This document shows positions 27,749 through 32,000 of a DNA stretch of 32,000 nt, one piece after another. Source of the stretch: Rhodobacter capsulatus SB 1003. GTDB taxonomy: Bacteria > Pseudomonadota > Alphaproteobacteria > Rhodobacterales > Rhodobacteraceae. The notes below the pieces were generated by a model. That model made no database searches. It was given only the letters and a program-made list of their open reading frames with translations, and was not told where the DNA came from. The translations under genes were made by a program, and so were the position numbers. The stretch lies in contig NC_014034.1 in the NCBI RefSeq assembly GCF_000021865.1, positions 3,600,001 through 3,632,000 of the forward strand, in the 5' to 3' direction. Numbering within the stretch: position 1 is the first letter of the stretch; every line of letters begins with the position of its first letter.

Positions 27749-29911
27749 ATGGCAGATCAGGATCAGGGGGCGACGGCGCAGTCGATCCCGGCGCTTCTGG
27801 CGCTGAACGTCGAAAGGTATGGCAGCCGTCCCGCCTATCGCGAGAAGGAATTCGGCATCTGGCAGGTCTGGACCTGGGCCGAGGCGGCCGAGGAAATCCG
27901 CGCGATGGCGATGGGGTTTCTGAGCCTGGGGGTGGAACGGGGCGATCACGTCGCCATCATCGGCCGCAACCGTCCGGCGCATTACTGGGCGATGGTGGCG
28001 GCGCAGATGTGCGGCGCGGTGCCCGTGCCGCTCTATCAGGACGCCGTGGCCGAGGAGATGGCCTATGTGCTCGATCACTGCGGCGCCCGCTTCGTGGTCT
28101 GCGGCGATCAGGAACAGGTCGACAAGGTGGTCGAGGTCGAGGATCGCATCCACCACATCCAGCATGTCATGTATACCGACAAGCGCGGCATGCGGAAATA
28201 CGACCATTCCCGGATGAACCATCTGGCCGATATCGTCGCCGAGGGGAAGGCCGGGCATTTCCGCTATGAAGGCGAGCTGGACAAGCGCATCGCGGAACTG
28301 ACCGCGGACAGCACCTGCGTGATGCTCTACACTTCGGGGACGACCGGCAAGCCCAAGGGGGTGGTGCTGTCGAACCGCAACATCATCGAGACCGCCCGCG
28401 CCTCGGTCGCCTTTGACCATCTGGGCTGCGACGAGGATGTGCTGGCCTATCTGCCGATGGCCTGGGTGGGCGATTTCATCTTTTCCATCGGTCAGGCGAT
28501 GGTGGCGGGCTTTTGCGTGAACTGCCCCGAAAGCCCGGCGACGATGATGACCGACCTGCGCGAAATCGGGCCGACCTATTTCTTTGCGCCCCCCCGCATC
28601 TTTGAGACCATGCTGACGAACGTGATGATCCGGATGGAGGACGCGGGCGATCTGAAACATGGGTTGTTCAAGCATTTCATGGACTTCGCCAAGACCACCG
28701 GGGAAACCTACGGGATGCCGCGGTATCGGGTGAAACGCTCGAAACCGACGCTGCGGCGGCGCTGGCGCTGGGCCTGGCGCTATGCGATGGGGATCGGCTT
28801 TTCGGTCGAGACGATGGTGGAAAACGCGGTCCGGCTGGCCTTGGTGCGGCTGCGCCACCCGCTCGCGCATCGCAAGCATTTCCACGCCCGGGGACCTTTG
28901 CTGAACCTTTATCCGCAGCCTTTGCGCGATTACTTCAACTACCGCACCGGCGAGGTGACGATCTTTTCGCCCTTGAAGAACACGCTCGGCCTGAGCCGCG
29001 TCCGCGTCGCCTATACCGCGGGCGAGGCGATCGGCCCCGAGATCTTCGAATTCTACCGCTCGATGGGCATCAATCTGAAACAGCTTTACGGCCAGACCGA
29101 GGCCTCGGTTTTCATCACCCAGCAACCCGACGGACAGGTGCGCGCCGATACGGTGGGCGTGCCGAGCCCCGGTGTCGAGGTGAAGATCGGCGAGACGGGC
29201 GAGGTCTTTTACCGCTCGCCCGGGACCTTTGTCGAATATTTCAGAAATCCCGAAAGCACGGCCTCGACCAAGGATGCCGAGGGCTGGGTGGCGACGGGCG
29301 ACGCCGGTTTCTTTGAACCCGGCACCGGGCATCTGCGCATCATCGACCGCGCGAAAGACGTGGGGAAAATGGCGGACGGGCGGCTGTTTGCACCGAAATA
29401 CGTTGAAAACAAGCTGAAGTTCTATCCCTCGATCCTGGAGGCCGTGGTCTTCGGCAAGGATCGCGACCGCTGCACCGCCTTCATCAACATCGACCTGACC
29501 GCGGTCGGCAACTGGGCGGAACGCAACAACATCGCCTATGCCAGCTATCAGGAACTGGCCGGTCACAGCCAGGTCTATGCGATGATCCGCGAGCATATCG
29601 ACGCGGTGAACCGCTCGGTCGCGCAGGATCCGATGCTCTCGGGCTGCCAGATCCACCGCTTCCTGATCCTGCACAAGGAGTTGGACGCCGATGACGGCGA
29701 GATGACCCGCACCCGCAAGGTCCGCCGCAATGTCGTGGCCGAGAAATACGCCGATCTGATCGCCGCGCTTTATGACGGGCGGGACAGGATCACCACCGAA
29801 ACCGAAGTGACCTACGAGGACGGGCGCAAGGGGGCGATCAGGGCCACGCTCCGCATCGAGGATGCCACCGTCGCGCCCGAGGCGCGCATGCAGAAAGAGG
29901 CCGCGGAATGA
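27749..29911 (+). CDS. AMP-dependent acyl-CoA synthetase/ligase of the type linked to Liv-like ABC transporters
   Basis: The start is MADQDQGATAQS. The AMP-binding motif is YTSGTTGKPKGV, followed by YGQTE, TGD.G and the C-terminal ...DADDGEMTRTRKVRR. The stop overlaps the start of the next gene (ATGA). Confidence 0.88.
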   Translation: MADQDQGATAQSIPALLALNVERYGSRPAYREKEFGIWQVWTWAEAAEEIRAMAMGFLSLGVERGDHVAIIGRNRPAHYWAMVAAQMCGAVPVPLYQDAVAEEMAYVLDHCGARFVVCGDQEQVDKVVEVEDRIHHIQHVMYTDKRGMRKYDHSRMNHLADIVAEGKAGHFRYEGELDKRIAELTADSTCVMLYTSGTTGKPKGVVLSNRNIIETARASVAFDHLGCDEDVLAYLPMAWVGDFIFSIGQAMVAGFCVNCPESPATMMTDLREIGPTYFFAPPRIFETMLTNVMIRMEDAGDLKHGLFKHFMDFAKTTGETYGMPRYRVKRSKPTLRRRWRWAWRYAMGIGFSVETMVENAVRLALVRLRHPLAHRKHFHARGPLLNLYPQPLRDYFNYRTGEVTIFSPLKNTLGLSRVRVAYTAGEAIGPEIFEFYRSMGINLKQLYGQTEASVFITQQPDGQVRADTVGVPSPGVEVKIGETGEVFYRSPGTFVEYFRNPESTASTKDAEGWVATGDAGFFEPGTGHLRIIDRAKDVGKMADGRLFAPKYVENKLKFYPSILEAVVFGKDRDRCTAFINIDLTAVGNWAERNNIAYASYQELAGHSQVYAMIREHIDAVNRSVAQDPMLSGCQIHRFLILHKELDADDGEMTRTRKVRRNVVAEKYADLIAALYDGRDRITTETEVTYEDGRKGAIRATLRIEDATVAPEARMQKEAAE

Positions 29912-30726
29912 AGGACATGGGCGAAGGCTATACCACCCCCGACGGCCGCCGGATCGGCCCCGTGCTGATGGAGCTGCGCAACATCACCCTGCGCTTTGGC
30001 GGGGTGGTGGCGATCAAGGACATCAGCTTCGACATCCGCGAAGGCGAGATCCGCGCGATCATCGGCCCGAACGGCGCGGGCAAAAGCTCGATGCTGAACG
30101 TGATCTCGGGCTTTTACGTGCCGACCGAGGGCGAAGTCTGGTTCCGCGGCGAAAAGCGCGGTCCGATGAAACCCTATCAGGTGGCGCGGCTGGGCATTGC
30201 CCGCACCTTCCAGAACATCGCGCTTTTTGACGGCATGTCGGTTCTGGACAACATCATGACCGGGCGGCTGACGCTGATGCATGCGGGCCTGTTCAGCCAG
30301 GCCCTTTGGTGGGGCAAGGCCGCCGCCGAGGAAGACGAGCATCGCGAAAAAGTCGAAAAGATCATCGACTTCCTTGAAATCCAGAATATTCGGAAAACTC
30401 CGGTCGGGCGCCTGCCCTATGGGCTGAAGAAGCGGGTGGAACTGGCCCGCGCCTTGGCGGCGGAGCCGAAGATCCTGCTTCTGGACGAGCCGATGGCCGG
30501 GATGAACGTCGAGGAAAAAGAGGACATGTGCCGCTTCATCCTGGATGTGAACGACGAATTCGGCACGACGACGGTCTTGATCGAACATGACATGGGCGTG
30601 GTGATGGATCTGTCCGACCGGGTGGTGGTGATGGATTACGGCCGCAAGATCGGCGACGGCCCGCCCGAGGAAGTCCGCAACAATCAGGACGTCATCGACG
30701 CCTATCTGGGGGTGGCCCATGCTTGA
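29908..30726 (+). CDS. Branched-chain amino acid-type ABC transporter ATP-binding protein (LivG-like)
   Basis: Walker A is GPNGAGKSS, the signature-like sequence is LPYGLKKRVELARAL, and Walker B is LLLDEPMAG. Confidence 0.9.
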   Translation: MKDMGEGYTTPDGRRIGPVLMELRNITLRFGGVVAIKDISFDIREGEIRAIIGPNGAGKSSMLNVISGFYVPTEGEVWFRGEKRGPMKPYQVARLGIARTFQNIALFDGMSVLDNIMTGRLTLMHAGLFSQALWWGKAAAEEDEHREKVEKIIDFLEIQNIRKTPVGRLPYGLKKRVELARALAAEPKILLLDEPMAGMNVEEKEDMCRFILDVNDEFGTTTVLIEHDMGVVMDLSDRVVVMDYGRKIGDGPPEEVRNNQDVIDAYLGVAHA

Positions 30727-31705
30727 GCAGCTGACCTATGCCTCGGAGGCCGCGCTGAACGGGCTGATGGCCGGGGTGATGTATTCGCTTGTCGCCCTTG
30801 GCTTCGTCCTGATCTACAAATCCTCGGGCGTGTTCAACTATGCGCAGGGCGTGATGGCGCTTTTCGCGGCGCTGACGCTGGTCGGCATCCAGAACGGACA
30901 GGTGCCCTTCGCGCATCTGATCAATGCAATGACCGGCGGCCATCTGGAGACCTTTGGCTGGCAGGTGCCCGCGGTGCTGGCGATCCTGCTCACCATCGGC
31001 GTGATGGTGGGCATGGCGATCGCGATCGAGAAACTGGTGCTCAAGCATCTGGTCAATCAGGCGCCGATCATCCTGTTCATGGCGACGATCGGGCTGGCCT
31101 ATTTCCTCGAAGGTTTCGGCGACGTGATGTGGGGCGCCGATATCAAGACGCTGGATGTCGGCCTGCCGCAGGGGATCAACGAGACGGTGGAAAGCCTGAC
31201 CGGCGCCTGGTTCGGCTATGGCTTCTTCATCGACAATCTCGACATCGTCGCGGCCGTGGTGTCCGTGGCGCTGGTGGCGGCCCTGACCGTGTTCAGCCAG
31301 TATTCGAAACAGGGCCGGGCGCTGCGCGCCGTCGCCGACGACCATCAGGCGGCGCTTTCGGTGGGCATCTCGCTGCGCTTCATCTGGATCCTGGTCTGGT
31401 CGATCGCGGGCTTTGTCGCGCTGGTGGCCGGGATCATGTGGGGCTCCAAATCCGGGGTGCAATTCTCGCTCTCGCTGATCGCGCTGAAGGCGCTGCCGGT
31501 CCTGATGCTGGGCGGCTTCACCTCGATCCCCGGCGCCATCGTCGGCGGGCTGATCATCGGCATGGGCGAGAAACTGTTCGAGTTCTTCATCGGTCCGATG
31601 ATCGGCGGCGCCACCGAAAACTGGTTCGCCTATGTGCTGGCGCTGATCTTCCTCGTGTTCCGGCCGCAGGGCCTGTTCGGCGAGCGGATCATCGAGAGGG
31701 TGTAA
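30719..31705 (+). CDS. Branched-chain amino acid-type ABC transporter permease (LivH-like)
   Basis: The 328-aa polytopic protein starts MLEQLTYASEAALNGLMAGVMYSLVALGFVLIYK and ends LVFRPQGLFGERIIERV. Confidence 0.9.
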   Translation: MLEQLTYASEAALNGLMAGVMYSLVALGFVLIYKSSGVFNYAQGVMALFAALTLVGIQNGQVPFAHLINAMTGGHLETFGWQVPAVLAILLTIGVMVGMAIAIEKLVLKHLVNQAPIILFMATIGLAYFLEGFGDVMWGADIKTLDVGLPQGINETVESLTGAWFGYGFFIDNLDIVAAVVSVALVAALTVFSQYSKQGRALRAVADDHQAALSVGISLRFIWILVWSIAGFVALVAGIMWGSKSGVQFSLSLIALKALPVLMLGGFTSIPGAIVGGLIIGMGEKLFEFFIGPMIGGATENWFAYVLALIFLVFRPQGLFGERIIERV

Positions 31706-31868
31706 ACTAAAATGGACACTTTGACGCAGATTAGGGTTGAACAGGGGGACAAGGTGCGACATTCTGTCAGCGATCCGGCGCGCTGGGATGATTCCTGCCG
31801 GGGACACGCACTGCATCACGCGCCCCTTGCGGTTGAGGAGGCGCCCGGGGACGGGGGGCCCCATATCG

Positions 31869-32000
31869 ATGACCAGAAAAGCCTGTTCCGTCGCCTTCAC
31901 CATCGGCTGGGCCTCTGCCCTGACCTTCGGCTGGATCGCGCTGGCCGCACCGCCGGACGAGCCGGCCTCGACCCGCACCATCAACATGATCCTTGCGGCC
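31869..32000 (+). CDS. Partial hypothetical ORF running off the right edge, with a hydrophobic N-terminus
   Basis: My translation is MTRKACSVAFTIGWASALTFGWIALAAPPDEPASTRTINMILAA..., with high third-position GC. The frame is open from 31725, with alternative starts TTG 31737 and ATG 31788. The antisense frame that shares third positions is equally GC3-rich, but it has no stop until deep inside the upstream ABC transporter genes (track ORF 30692..31987, which covers all of livH), so I disfavour it. Confidence 0.25.
   Translation, partial: MTRKACSVAFTIGWASALTFGWIALAAPPDEPASTRTINMILAA

Noticed and set aside
28715-28963. Suspicion that the Arg/Trp-rich stretch in the acyl-CoA ligase reflects a frameshifted pseudogene. 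An alternative frame reads ...LGLALCDGDRLFG...
   Set aside because: The annotated frame keeps uninterrupted high third-position GC and has no stops. It rejoins conserved motifs (FSPLKNTLGL, AYTAGEAIG) without any shift. One alternative frame stops within the segment (TGA at 28900-28902), and the other, although open here, does not rejoin the conserved blocks. I kept it as an insertion-like observation, not a pseudogene.

Overview
This is a high-GC, gene-dense chromosomal segment that looks alphaproteobacterial and Rhodobacterales-like; that assignment is an inference from gene content, the 41-aa L36 type and codon bias. I can support about 36 protein genes, one tRNA-Val, several intrinsic terminators and a small family of palindromic intergenic repeats. 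The content is almost entirely housekeeping. In order: fmt and two tandem def genes; a PatB/MalY-type aminotransferase; a cluster of small membrane proteins (GlsB/YeaQ, SPFH/stomatin, NfeD-like); pyrF; clpB; dinB; an N-formylglutamate amidohydrolase-family gene; tRNA-Val and rpmJ; an HAD/rsmD/FAD-reductase operon; a Prx5-type peroxiredoxin; a RidA/GDPD/DUF482 operon; a secreted YbjN-like protein; smc; lrgAB; rnhA; a LysE exporter; ispH; an OmpR-type regulator with a PAS hybrid histidine kinase; and an acyl-CoA ligase with LivG- and LivH-like ABC components. I see no recognisable defence system, CRISPR array, integrase, transposase or prophage module, and I do not claim a convincing novel multi-gene system. 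The most notable points are: (1) a cysteine-free def paralog lacking the catalytic Cys and Glu, translationally coupled to fmt; (2) a hairpin-forming repeat family with core TATTTGG..CAAG / CTTG..AAATA, present three times, one copy supplying a gene's last codons and stop; (3) an A+T-rich mini transcription unit between the NfeD-like gene and pyrF that encodes a possible 51-aa single-TM peptide and ends in a strong bidirectional terminator; (4) an Arg/Trp-rich stretch that looks like an insertion inside the acyl-CoA ligase; (5) an abrupt, lower-GC break after the LivH-like permease at the right edge. The many long Arg/Gly/Pro-rich ORFs in the track are antisense or off-frame shadows typical of GC-rich DNA.
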